Assembly: GCA_051362555.1 (NCBI GenBank)
Contig: CM120645.1
Location: forward strand, 16,926,001 to 16,990,000
DNA from: Lingula anatina
Lineage: Eukaryota > Animalia > Brachiopoda
Length of the DNA stretch: 64,000 nucleotides
Reading direction: 5' to 3'
In this document: piece after piece, positions 45,884-58,457 of the stretch
Numbering within the stretch: position 1 is the first letter of the stretch
Layout of the letters: each line of letters opens with the position of its first letter
Translations under genes and position numbers: made by a program
The notes under the pieces: model-generated
The model's input: the letters and a program-made list of their open reading frames with translations, nothing else
Told to the model about the DNA's origin: nothing
Database searches by the model: none

Positions 45884-48800
45884 TTTTTTTTGGCAATATT
45901 ATTCAGCTGAAAGGAAAAAGGAAAGAAAAAAGTACAAAAAAAAGAGAGTAGAACAACTTTTTTTTGCAAATTTTAATTAGGTTGCCACTCTCTTTCTGCA
46001 GGTTGTCCTCTATTTTTGCTGCTGGGCTTGCTTATGGTTACAGCCATTTTACACGTGGTTTCATCCTGAATATTCCACTTATGACACTGGTTCCACTTGG
46101 TGCTGTGGGTATACTAGCCCTGTTGCTGGAACTTTGGAACCTTCTGCAGTATTACAAATGGAGCAGAGACTGGAGGCAGTTAGAAGATATAATTAAAGAC
46201 TTAATGGTGAAAACTAAAGTCTTTGGAACTCTCTCAAGGAAAGGGATTCGACTCATACAGGAGGTAGAACTGATATCACGCGGGTTCACCATGTGAGTAA
46301 ATGTATTTTGCCTACAGAACTAGTGATTAAAAAAGAATGAAAAAGAATAGGTTATGTTTAATTACGTTTGATGATCAGTGGTGGGCATTCAGAAAATTTT
46401 GACAGATGATTGAAAGATAATTTACTGGTCATACTAATCATAACAAGAAAATAAAAAAAATACAAAAGTAATTTTTAAGAAAAATTTTATGATGTTTGGT
46501 TTTACTTCCATTCAAAGCAATTTTCAAAAATCAAAGGTAAAATGGCATTGCTCCCAAGATTTTATTGACAAAATTAAAGGGATTTCAAATATGGTTACAA
46601 GCTAAGATATGATGATTTGACTTTCAGAGCTACTCCCCTGTCCCCAGCAGGTAGGCTAGAGTTGACCAGTGGTGACCAGTCCAACAGACAATGCCCACAG
46701 CTGAGAAGTTGTCTCTTCCATGTGGTTAGAAAGACCATTATGAATCTTAGGGAAGCCACTGGCAAGCTCATTGAAAAATATCCTTTATTTATCAGGATGC
46801 CTCATGAGCCATATTTGATACTGTTGGCTGGAAGATTTTGAGTATCTGAAGGTTATCACATCAAGTAGTATACTTTATCACTTTGGGAGATTCACTTCTA
46901 TGTAAGAGAGTTGCTTTACTGGAACCCCAGTCTCGGCATGAGCAGTTGATTAATTTTACTGAATAGCAGGAAGGGAACTTGTGGAGAACTTGTTCAGAAG
47001 TAACTTGTGAAAGGGAGTAAATTACTTGAGTGGTAACGTTCAATACTTTAAAAGTACAGTATTGAATAAATGATGATAATTTTCATGTTTGTAAATATGT
47101 TTCCTTAATATCATCAAATCTCCAGTGGATGAAGATTTAGACAGTATATCTAACTATGTGGCCTTCATCCCACTAGAGCAATATGGTCCATGTCTAAGTC
47201 TTCCAACCACTGATCAGAATGGTGAACAGTTACTGCAGCAAGTGACCGATGGCTACTCCATTTCTGCTTTAAAGGTAGGAAGAAACTTGCCCAGTGATGA
47301 TAGTCAGCACAAACTGGGACATTTGGGGAGATATGTTTTAAAAAATCATGTTTATGTTGCTTCTTCTGAATATGCTTCCCTTGTTTGGCTTCCAATCAAG
47401 CAGGAGTAAAATGGATTTTCCCCTTTTAAAATGTTTTCATCTGTTATTTTCTATTATTGATTGATTGGCTGGTTGATTGAATGTTCTGTCTCAAATTTAT
47501 GTCATAACACATAAGAGCATTTGTATTATGATTGAACTGACTGTGCAATTGGTATTTATTCCAGGCCCTGTGTCATGTGTGTAACATACACATCTCAGAA
47601 TACCTAAGAAGAATTGCCCTCTGTTTTCTGCCACAGTTTGAAGGAAAGGAAATAGGTATACATGGAATTTTTACCAGTAGGTCAAATTTACAAAAAGAAT
47701 TTTAAAGGTATTTTTGCCTGATTGAGGGATTAATTTGGTTTATCCCGTGGTTATTTTGAGGTAGTTTCTTAAATGACATTAAGTCATTTAAGAAACTAAA
47801 TCGATTTTTATGTGTCATAAGGAATCTACTCTTGATTCACATGTAACTTTAAAAGCTTTATTGACTTGAACTGTTGTCAATTTATTCATAATCAACATTC
47901 ATTCTAATTTCAGGACCTCAAAGTTTTGAGAATGTACTCAGTTGTATACAACCAGTAGCTGCCACACTTGATAACCATACACATGTGTTTAAAAGAAGCT
48001 ATGACATACACAAATGTTCATGGAAGGCGAGATTTGAAGACACAAAGCCAAGACATAAAGAACAGGATGGAGGAGTGGGAAAAGACATTTATACAGCAGT
48101 TCATAGTCTGCAACTTCACCTTCAGGCTGCCATGAAAAGGTAATTAAAAAAATGTCATGTGTATTGATGGGATGAATGTTGCTGGTATTGGTTCATAGTA
48201 CTGTAGAATCTGTATTATAGATGGAACTAGTGTCTGCCACCAACCAGAGGTGAACCTTCCTTATTCTGTCATGCACAGTTTTTGACAGCTTGAGTTTTGC
48301 TGTCGTCCTTGTAGTGGTTCTCCTTTGAAGGTCCATGTCTCGCATATTATCACCTGTAACAGAATAACTGAAGCAGAAAAAAGTTTGATATTATTCAGAG
48401 TAACACATAGTGCCTTCTGATATACTTACTGCTGAATTATAAGTCTCCTGCTTGCAAAGTAAAATTAAGACTCTGTACATGCACACATAATTCTACCATC
48501 ACTTAAAATGTTGGACTTGAATTGGCAATATTGAAAGTAGATTTCTCCAATGATGTCCAACTTTTTGGTGTATTTGGCTTAGTAGTTCTCACCATCCAGG
48601 ACATTTGGCCTTTTTTTAAGTCTGATAGGGCACTACATTTATCATGCTAAAGGCTGATAGCTAAAGGGGTACATTATTTAAGCAGACATCTTCAGATTTA
48701 TTCTGGTCAAAAAATTGTCAGTCTCAACTTACGCTTATTTTTTTAAACAGGGCCCAGCTATCAATGATATGACTATTTTCAGATTAGAAGCAATAGAAAA

Positions 48801-51167
48801 TGAACTGGAAGAGGATGACTGTGCAGTCAAGACAGATATCAGACTGTACCATCAGAAGCTGGTAGAAGAGATGCTGTGTGTACAGAGAGAGCTGACGGCT
48901 TGTTCTGGGTGCTGGGAAGAGAGCATGAATCGGATAGACATGATGCTGCCCAGGACAGAAGACAAAGGTATTGATATAGAAGTATAGAATTGAGAGATGA
49001 GATTTGAATGTAATCTATGGTCAACGTGTGATGTCTTTTTTGTATCCAATCCTGATGTGGACAGATGTGTAGTGTCTTCTCCATGTTTAAACCAAAGACA
49101 AAAAAGTTTAATGACAAAATCAGGTAGTATAGTTTTTGTACAACAGAATGGGTACCTTATGAGACTAGAGTTCTTTCTTTTTGGTATATTTATTGTTGCT
49201 GCAGGTGTCAGAACTTAGTAGACGTAAAGTTTCTGTCAATCTCTTTTACCTTGAATATTTAATATGAAAATTTTCTACGTTTGGAGATCTGCCGTTTTTC
49301 TTTTTCATCAGTACTTGCTGTGCATAATTACAAATTTGAGCATAGTATATTAATTTATTGCATCAGAATTGACAGAATCCTATTTTGTGCATTATTATTT
49401 TCTGCTTTTTGTCTGTACATTTGACAGCTTTGCTGCCTTTTTTTTTTTTTTTTGTTAGCAGCATGTTAATCTGTCATCAGTAACATTCATCATTACTAGA
49501 CACACTTCTTTCAGTGCCATTATCAAAGGAACCTTCAAAAGAACAACCAGTTAGTCCTAATGTTCCAATAGAGCCTTTGCTGGATATGGACAGCATTATC
49601 ATTGAAGACCAGGTTGGTAATATCATGTTTGTCCCAGATCAGTGGCCCTGTAAAACACTTTACTAAGCTTGGGGGGTTGGGTAGTGAGATACTCGTTGCT
49701 TGGGTGAGGATTGGTGGTAAAAAATAGTCATATTTTAATGAATATTTTAGTTCTTGATTATTTTAGGTATGTCCTTAGTTCTTTAGCGACCTTTATTCTG
49801 TTCCTTAGCAAACTGAAAAGTTTGCCGCAACCAGTTTGCAGGAGTTTGCGAGAAAATTTTTATTGCTGCTAATTTGCAAGGAGTTGCATTTTGCAACAAA
49901 TTTGCAACAGGCCTGATATTTTGCTAAGGGGTCTTATAAATATCAGATATAATATATATTTAAGAATTTTTCAATTATTTTATAAATTTGACACTCATGT
50001 GTGTGTTTCTTTCCTCGTTTTAATATTTTGGTTATAGTTTAAAAAAATTTATCTCATTAAGACACAGAAGGAATGGCTTTTATCCTAGTTACTCTGGTTT
50101 CATGAAGTGCTCTTTGTCTTGCAGGTGTTTGAAGCATACACTGACCCAAGTGAGGTAGAAGATGGTGATTTTGAATTGTTGTTGTCTGCAGAAGAAAAGG
50201 TAAACAGGAGACATAAGTTTATCAAAAGTGTATATTTTGATCCATCCATCAAATGAAGATGAATATTAAATCTCATACTGGACAAATGTACAAGTTCTAT
50301 CATTTTGTGCATATCCATAGAACTTATTGTCACTCTTGCCTGTGTTTACGTCAGAATCAGACAACCATTCCTCAGTAATTCTTGGTGTAGCCCTTCTCTT
50401 CTGGCTGTCTGGTTATAGATCCTACTAAAACTGGGAATTAATAAAGGCCATCAGCTTATACCCTTCATTGCAGCTAGTGTACATAAGTGGTGCACTATTA
50501 CAGTGCATTGTTTTTTATTGGTTTTTGACGTCTTTGTTTTTTACTGTAGGCAAAAAGGAAGCGCGAGAAACAAGAAGCTGTGCGTCTGCTGAATGAGCTG
50601 AAATCTGTCATCGGAATCCGTGCCAAAAAGTGGGAAGAAAGAGAAAGAAAACTTATGAAAAAGAACCATGCAGACAAAGTTCCAAACAAAGAGGAGGATG
50701 AATCTGAGGAAACCAAATCTGAAGTTGCAGTATGTGCAGGGAGTGAAAATGATCTTTCTGGATCAGAAAAATCTGCTGCAATTAAGTCTGATGAATTAGA
50801 GAATGGTCTGTCATGTGACATTGTTAAAAAAAATTATGCTTCAGATACTAAGCAAACTCATGCAGAAACAGACATCAGTTTGGAGGTAGAATCAGAGACT
50901 GAACAAGAAAAAGGAGAAAATAATAAAATAAATAATTTGTGCCAAAGGGTATACAGGCCTGATAGTACCAGAAATAATTCAGATTTAAGTACAGGTTCTG
51001 CTGCTAGAAGAAACCCTCAAGACAGGCTGGACTCAGGTTCATTTAGCTTTGCTGCCAATATTGCCGCCATGGCTGCAGCCAGGTCAAGACAGCAGGTACA
51101 ACTAAGTGTGCAGACCTACCAAGACAGTGATGATTCTGATGATGGAGATTGTATCGTGGACGACTGA
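42988..51167 (+). CDS. VEZT: Vezatin (adherens-junction transmembrane protein), ~763 aa. Exons 42988-43023, 43711-43875, 44233-44289, 44491-44633, 46002-46292, 46628-46777, 47118-47274, 47565-47655, 47914-48139, 48783-48967, 49515-49612, 50125-50199, 50550-51167
   Basis: MEVDEDDEVIFE|NSALHHHLQDVG (cf. vertebrate DEEVVFENSPLYQYLQDLG), RKGIRLIQEVELISRGFT, SEYLRRIAL, AVHSLQLHLQA, EDQVFEAY, RLLNELKSVIGIRAKKWEERE and FAANIAAMAAARS. All exon phases are consistent. Confidence 0.9.
44838..45882 (-). mobile_element. 5' fragment of a non-LTR retrotransposon (L1/Tx1-like ORF1) with an internal inversion-duplication, bounded by (TA)n tracts
   Basis: The minus-strand ORF from ATG 45486 (basic N-terminus then coiled coil ..KEIISQMK) continues on the plus strand from 44971 (ISQMKYEIKQEVKEDIKQEM..LNEKIDAL..ENESLCEKL). 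Inverted repeat of ~65 bp at 44900-44964 / 45111-45175. (TA)n at ~44838-44908 and 45791-45882. Confidence 0.6.
46778..47117 (+). other. VEZT: U12-type (minor spliceosome) intron in vezatin with apparent AT-AA termini
   Basis: 5' site ATATCCTTT at 46778, branch site TTCCTTAAT at 47101-47109, and in-frame exon restart at 47118 after ..atcAA. Confidence 0.8.
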
Positions 51168-53489
51168 TACTCAAATAGTATAGACAATAAAAAGATAATA
51201 GTGAACACAAAATCATGATTCGCTGCTTCTTGATATCGATAAATTATTTTAAGGAATGTCTCATTTTAATATTTCCAATAACAAAAAGAGGAGATAGCCA
51301 ACTTTATCCAAGAAAAAAACCAAAAGCAGTCTGGCAGAAATGTCAAAAAATAAACTAGTAATAATAAAGACCGTGTTTTATTACAAAATACCTCAAACTT
51401 CTTATACTATTCACAAAGTTCACAGTCCATTCAAAATTCTTCTTGGTCGTCTCACTTTGATCACATGAGGGTATAGGGTGTTCAATTCTTTTATGATAAT
51501 ATCTTTGGTACTGTTTCTCATTTGCCTCAGCGGAACTTCTTTTGCTGCCGTTTTTTAAACTTAGCGATTCAACATTATGCGTACTTTGTAAGTATTCTTT
51601 CTTCTATAAACATTTTAATATATATCCATCTTTTACACATGAAAAACCTTGTGCAACATTTGAATAAAGTTTTGTCTTTTTTTATATATTTTATGTTTTT
51701 ATATCAATCTCTGCGATAAAATAGTGCCACTTAAATCCACAGTATATAGAGATCAAAGAGTATCATTCTGTTACTAAAAGCGGTTCCTAATTCTTAGAAA
51801 TTACTGGGATGACTCAAAAATGATTCTAAGAGACTAAAAGCGATGTATGATAAGATGAAGACAGTCCGGATAGGCGCAGATAGGAGCAGTGGCAAGGCAG
51901 TGAAAACACAACGACATTTCACGGAGAACTTTCGTAATTTTTTTTTTTACGCTCATTGAAATTAATACGGACTCCAAACATTTACAAAGGTAAAATAATG
52001 CTGGTTAATGGGGAAGAGTCCACCACATGATTACCTTTGAGAGCTCTTCAGAGTAAAATGTTTGTTTTCGTCACATTCAAACCATCAAAAAACCTAAAAG
52101 AACTTCTATTTTCAACTGCAAATGAAATGCCTGCTTTAATGAAAATAAATGAGTAATTATAATTAATGAGCCTTGAAAAATAAGTTGATCCTGACAGCAA
52201 ATGAAAGTGTTTATATTTGTAATTCCACAACTAATGCAGAAAAGTTATTCATATTCCACTAAATGTATTTGTGCTGGTAATACTGGAGATAACGCGCTCT
52301 CATTCAGCATCATTAGCAGTAACTGTCTGATAATTGGCATTTATTCATATAACTGCCAATCAGCCTGTCTGCACTTGACAGCCCTCATAAAAACCGAATG
52401 AATTGAACTGACACCTGTCAATCAGAGGATGTGAAAGATGGGAGTTTTACATGCCCGGCCATTATAATCATCAACTGTGTAATAATTATGATTGACGTTT
52501 GTTTACATAACTGGCAATCAAAGTTGTGTGCGCTTGACAGCCGCCGTCAAAGTTGAATTAAACTGTATAAATTTAATTGACACCTGTCCATTACAAGACG
52601 TTCTGTAACACTGGGGAGGGGGGGGGGGATAGAAATTTTAACAACTTCAGTCTATAGAAGAACGTTTTGAAAGATAAATGCCCCGATGATAAATTGCTCA
52701 GAGAATGTAAAGGAGTTTAAAAGGAACACGTAAAGGTGTAAATGCTTGGGTGTCTACCTCTTTCTTGGCTCATAGTCCCACAACTTCAGAAATTTATGAC
52801 TATCTAGTACATGTAGTTGTGTGTTCAGTGTTTTTAAACACTATTGTAAGAATATCTATAATAGATTAATTAAGTAGATAATAAGCCAGTGTTGGTTAAC
52901 CAATAATAAATGTAGGAAATAATTTATGCGAATGCCAGTAATTTAGAGACACGGATCATTTGAAATTACAAACCTTACAATTTCAAATAACTTCCAGTAT
53001 CTTCTGCACAAATTCATATTTAAGGAAAACTAAAAATAGCGTCCATGAGTACACGTGCCGTGGCATCAATGTGTAGAAATACGTAGGCAACTTTGATTTA
53101 TCTGTGGCGTTTTTGCCAGCATTATTTTTTACCCAGAAATGTATTTCTTTTCCCAAATCCAATGGTAGGCTTGATAGAGAGTGGAAGCAGTGTAACTGTA
53201 TATAGAAAATTTTCAATACACACCACAAATTACTTTTCGAGCCTCAGTTGACTGGACATAACAAAGATGTTGAGACAGTTAGTACAGTCAGGCTATACAA
53301 GTGTAAAAATTGAACGCATATGAATATCAGGGCACCGCTTTGATAAAAAAAACTGTACATTACGTTTCCGCGCCGATCCGTCCCCGCATCGTAGCTCCCC
53401 CGCACCTTTACTCCCCGGCACTATAACTCCCTCGCATGGTTATTACCTCGCAGAATAGATTCCCTTTGGTTAAATGTAAGATTGAAAAA

Positions 53490-53520
<31 letters not shown>

Positions 53521-53879
53521 ATACATGTGGTCGAGTTTTATTCAATAGCAAAGCGTTATATCTATTACTGACATGATTTTAAAGGAAAACGAAATATATA
53601 CAGTGTATTTAATAAGTGAGCTGTTTATTTACTTGAACAAATTTTCTTTGAAAATAAATGGAAAAAAGAATACAGAAAAATGCTAACTAGTTGGGAAAAC
53701 GTCGCCAACACGTAAGAGCACTGGCAGGAGTGCTCTTTCGAGAAATCGGCGCAATAGATTTTTTTGTTGTTGTTTATTTTTTTGGCTTGAGGTCTTTGAA
53801 ACCAATTGCAACTAGACTAATATTTATTAATGTTGCAAATTCACGTTCTCCTGAGTAATCCATTGTCACCGATGTTCTC

Positions 53880-55413
53880 CTATTCATCTTGTCGCACTTG
53901 TGGGTGTACTCTATTGCTTCTGCGTCCACCAAAACAAGATGAAGATCTAACAGCATTCAAAAAACCATTCCACCATCTTCTCAGTCTAGAAGGGACTTTG
54001 GTCTCTTCAAATACGTCCCGTTTAATGGGGAATTTCTGAAAGAAACCACAGAAGACGAGCATTGACTATTCTATTATTAGATAAGTGTCAAAATAGAGGG
54101 CTAATGTTCCCCATGTTAAATTTGTTACACGTTCTAAAGAAACATTCAGTTTAGCCAACACCCTCTTACGTTTTGTTTCTACAAAATATAATAATAGTAT
54201 TGCAAACCTTTTGGTTTTCCTCACATTCCTTTTCGCACTTTTGTTCAAACAGAATTCTCTCTTTAGCAGAAGCGTCATCTTCAGCTCTAATTTTGGGGCT
54301 CTTCAAATTTTCCTAAACACAAAATGTTTTTCAAATAGAACTTGCTTGTAAAGGCAATTGAGATATGTTGCTACGAGTGCTCCATTTTAAACGGAATGAG
54401 CCTTTTTACAACTGTTTCGTGATATTTGGAAAATGCAGCTCTTTCCTCCATAACATTAATTCGATATGCTAAAACATCGATTAGCTGCTCTACAAAAACC
54501 GCTAAAGGGTACTCGCAAATACCAGTGTACCCTCTCCTGCACCCCCAAAAATAAATATAAAATAAATAATTAAAATAAAACGAAAAAGATTAAGTATACA
54601 TATAGCGGAACATGTCTATATCTTACTTGAATGATCTTTTCCTTGCGTTCTCTAGCCTTCTTTTTCTCTAATTCCATCTGTTCTTTCTTGCATTTTATTT
54701 CTTCTAAGCGCTTTGCAATTCTCTTCCGTTTTTCTTCGCCTTTCCTTTCTTTCCTTTCCTGTTCTGTTATTTCCAACTCGAGTTTAGCTTGGTATGCCTG
54801 TAAAAGTTACACAAAAAGAATGATGATAAACTAACAAGTATTCGTTTAATTCTCATATATTTCATTTCACCATTTTTTCTTTTAATTTTCATGTATTTGA
54901 TTATCTATATTTTCTGTTTTTCTTAATCCTGGATCAGTCAGACAACCGCTACTTAATAATTATTAACAGAGGTGGTGAACCAGACAAACTTAGATTAATG
55001 TGTTTTTGACGGTTAGAAAATAGCAGTGAAAAGAAGAACGAATGCCAGATTTCTAATGAATAACTTACTTTTTCTAACCTAGCGCCCGTGGAGGGGGTTC
55101 TGCCTCTGAGCTGTTCATTTCTCAGATTTTTCGCTGCTGTTTGTCTTATGTCCAGTTCAATGGCCAACTCTTCAGGGTCTCTTTGTCTGGTTTGTGAAAC
55201 CAGTCTACGGGACAAGCGCCTAGGAACTGTCGCTGAATCCAGCGCAGAGGGGCCGAATGGCGTTATTGGTCTAGAGGTCTGCTGCGACGAAGCTTCGGAT
55301 TCGGATTCTGCATCTATCCATAAAGCCAGTTGATGTGGTCTAGGGTCCACATCTTCATCTTCGGTTTGTAATCTTGAGGTAGGGTTCTCAATGGTTTTAG
55401 CTTTACCAGCCAT
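53880..55413 (-). CDS. Uncharacterised ~223-aa charged coiled-coil protein, possibly stathmin-domain-like; exons 55413-55069, 54797-54627, 54035-53880
   Basis: Three phase-0 GT-AG joined exons. VPRRLSRRL..DPEELAIELDIRQTAAKNLRNEQL loosely resembles stathmin-family repeats. E/K/R-rich helix in exon 2; ends RSNRVHPQVRQDE*. Confidence 0.65.
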
Positions 55414-56070
55414 TTTAGGGAGAATTTTAACTCCGGTCAAACTGACGTGCTGTTCTAAAAGAACTGTTGCCAAGTCTTAATTTTGCCACGGACGTTTACG
55501 TCACTTTGCTTGTGACGTTTGTTTTTACGTCGCACGTCAGTTTGTTGACCAAAGCATTACGTCCAGTGAGGTATGACTTAAAAGCTACGTGATCAGTAAT
55601 TAAATAAAAAAAAGTTGTAAGATCATCAAATTAAACATTTTCAAAATGTCCATTCTTACAAGTCCACTAATAGTTCCTATTCGCTCTTTAAAATCTTCCA
55701 ATATGCTTAGGTCTGATTTCATTCCCATTGAAAAATTTGTTTGCAATGTCATTGAAGTCTCGGGTCCCTATTTGATCTCTGTGACAGTAAAAGCATAGTT
55801 AAACAACTGAGACATCGTCTACTCGCTACCTAACATACTAGTGTTTTTACTTGTATCATATAATAACATTACGTAGCACTTAATAACCTTCCACTCACGC
55901 TATTTGTTGTAGGCATAATTAGTGCAGTGGAGAATTCAGGGTTTTACTGAGGTAGGGGTGGGTGAGGCCAAAGATTAAATTTTTATCTCGCTTCACTCGG
56001 CAAATATTATACAGTAGACTGGGAAATTCATCAATAAAATTCGTTCGCTCTGTATCGTTTTGCTCGTGAC

Positions 56071-56101
<31 letters not shown>

Positions 56102-56369
56102 CTGTGTGCTCGTGCCAAGTTTGTTACCTGTAACTGCCGTGACCTATGCAAACAAGAAATCTCCATTTTTGGAAATAAGCACGTTGGTTATAAAGACACA
56201 TTGGTTTGAATAAATGGAGTAGCACGATGTTCCCCTGCAGTCGAATTCATTCTCATGATGTTTAGTTGTAATTCTAGACCTGCAATAAAATTGTATGAGA
56301 AACAGTTGACAATCTTTTTTTCTTGATAAAAACCGTGTGATAGAGGTATGAACTTTACTATTTCCCATC

Positions 56370-56698
56370 ATTATACCCGCACTTTTGGGACAAAAGTTGG
56401 GGATCACGTTATCCCGCCAGTCCGTGCGTCCGTGCGACCGTGAGTCCGTGGGTCCATGAGTCCGTGCGTCTCTGTGTTAGTAATTCCACTTTCTCCTGTC
56501 ATGAATAATTTCATACTGTTATTGAAGATTATATTTTCATATTGGACTCAGGGATTGCGATATAAATATCAAGAGAATGGGGTCCCTGAGGGTGAGCTAC
56601 TCTTTACAATGTGGGAGAAGTGCGGGGATGTGCGATGGCTAACCATCGACAACACATGGTTTTTAATGTATCGCCACGAAAAATCATTTGACTCAAAT

Positions 56699-56700
<2 letters not shown>
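56370..56700. mobile_element. Helentron/HINE-like fragment
   Basis: ttatacccgcacttttgggacaaaagttgggg hairpin followed by an imperfect gtccgtgc microsatellite. A (TA)n tract follows at 56701-56746. Confidence 0.5.
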
Positions 56701-56748
<48 letters not shown>

Positions 56749-58457
56749 ACTATAACTAATTGTCTAAAATTTGGTGTTTTTAACCGAAAAAAGGTCAGAC
56801 TCCTGAACAGTACCACAAATGGAAATCATGGGGTGAAAGTTTGAGAAAAATACCCTTTACCCCAGGAAACCTAATAAAATATTGAATTTATTCAAGTCAA
56901 CGTTATTTTAAATTTAAAGATCATTTTTAAATTAAATAGTGTCTAAAGTTACAACATAATATACGTATTTCCTTTTTGCAATTCACAGACTACCCCGAGT
57001 ACCGGTGTTAGTAAGATACAGAACACAGTATTGTTTTATATTTAAATTATTGAGTTGCCACTCTACACATATCTAAAAAACGACATCTATTTGTATTTCA
57101 GAGCGTCCAATATTTTCTACTCAAAAACCCACTCTTCTTTATAAATTCAATTAATATCAATGCCATCTTTGAACATTGTTTGTTACAAAATTTTCATTAT
57201 ATATCTCATTATTGTGTAAATAAACCATTTAATTTGTTGTTATTTTATCACTGTTTTAATGTCACTGCTTCTAGCAATTTTGGTATTTTTATATCTGTCC
57301 ATTTGACAGCTTTGCTACCTTTTTTTTCCGAACAATTGCCTCATTCATTGATTCCAGTTCGATAATCAAATTTATCTAGCTAAACAGTTGACATTGAGTA
57401 TCTTTAACTCGTGCTGTATAGCATTAAACCAACATAGACCCCACGTTAGATATCAAAATTATCTGCCTGCGAAAACAGATGATTGCCCACGGGGGCTAGA
57501 ACGCCAAACAGGTGTCCGTTTCAGAATAGCGTCACTGGTAGGGCCTATCAGATACCAGGTACTTGAGATGGTAGGTCAAGAAGAAAACTAAGTACTAAAG
57601 GTAAAAACGTATCAAAGACACTCCTCTTGTGCAGAAAGAACGTTTCTGATTTGGCTGGTCGGAACTCGGTTGTTTTTTTATTGTCGCTACAGTAATAGGT
57701 GGATTTGGATATTGCGGTTTTTGAGAAGATCATATAATCATGCCAGGCTTCATAAACGAAACGCTCGCAAACGACAACTCGACCACTCCGATGTTCATGG
57801 GACAGCAATATCCTGGCGTATACAACACAGTGTACTGGGGAGGTGAGATACCGTGACCATAGTATCGGGTGACAAATACACACCCCTAAATCCAAATGCC
57901 AACTTCTAGCATCTATTTATCAAATAACCTCACAGAAAGTAGTTTAGAAACCATCCAGGCTATATTTCCTCTGGCTGGTAAACGTTTGATGACTATTTCA
58001 TTGGCGTCAATGAAATACTGTACATAGCGAAATATGCTAGCCCAGAATTAAAGTTGGAGGTTCATCTGAAGGCTATTTGAAAAAGCGACCATTCCGGTTC
58101 GACGAACACATTTATGGCGCGGTCGATAGGCGTGTTGTAATCTAGTCTACGACACTTTAAAAGTTATCCTGTATTACTGAAGACGAAAAAGTAGCCATCC
58201 ATAACTTAAATCGTGGATCAGTATTTCCAAAGTTACTTTCATGCACATTTGTGAACAATGACGTGTATCAGTACATGTAATTCTAACATGTTGGGGACAG
58301 TGACTTTAAAGGTCCAAGTGCTTAATGGCACGAAATTCATGCGCTGGCATTCCTATTGGCGATTCTGATAAAACTGGCTGTGCTAGTGTATATAGGAATC
58401 GTCAATAGGAGTTCGTGTTAAGTACATATTAGTATTCTTCCGATGTGATTCCTACCA

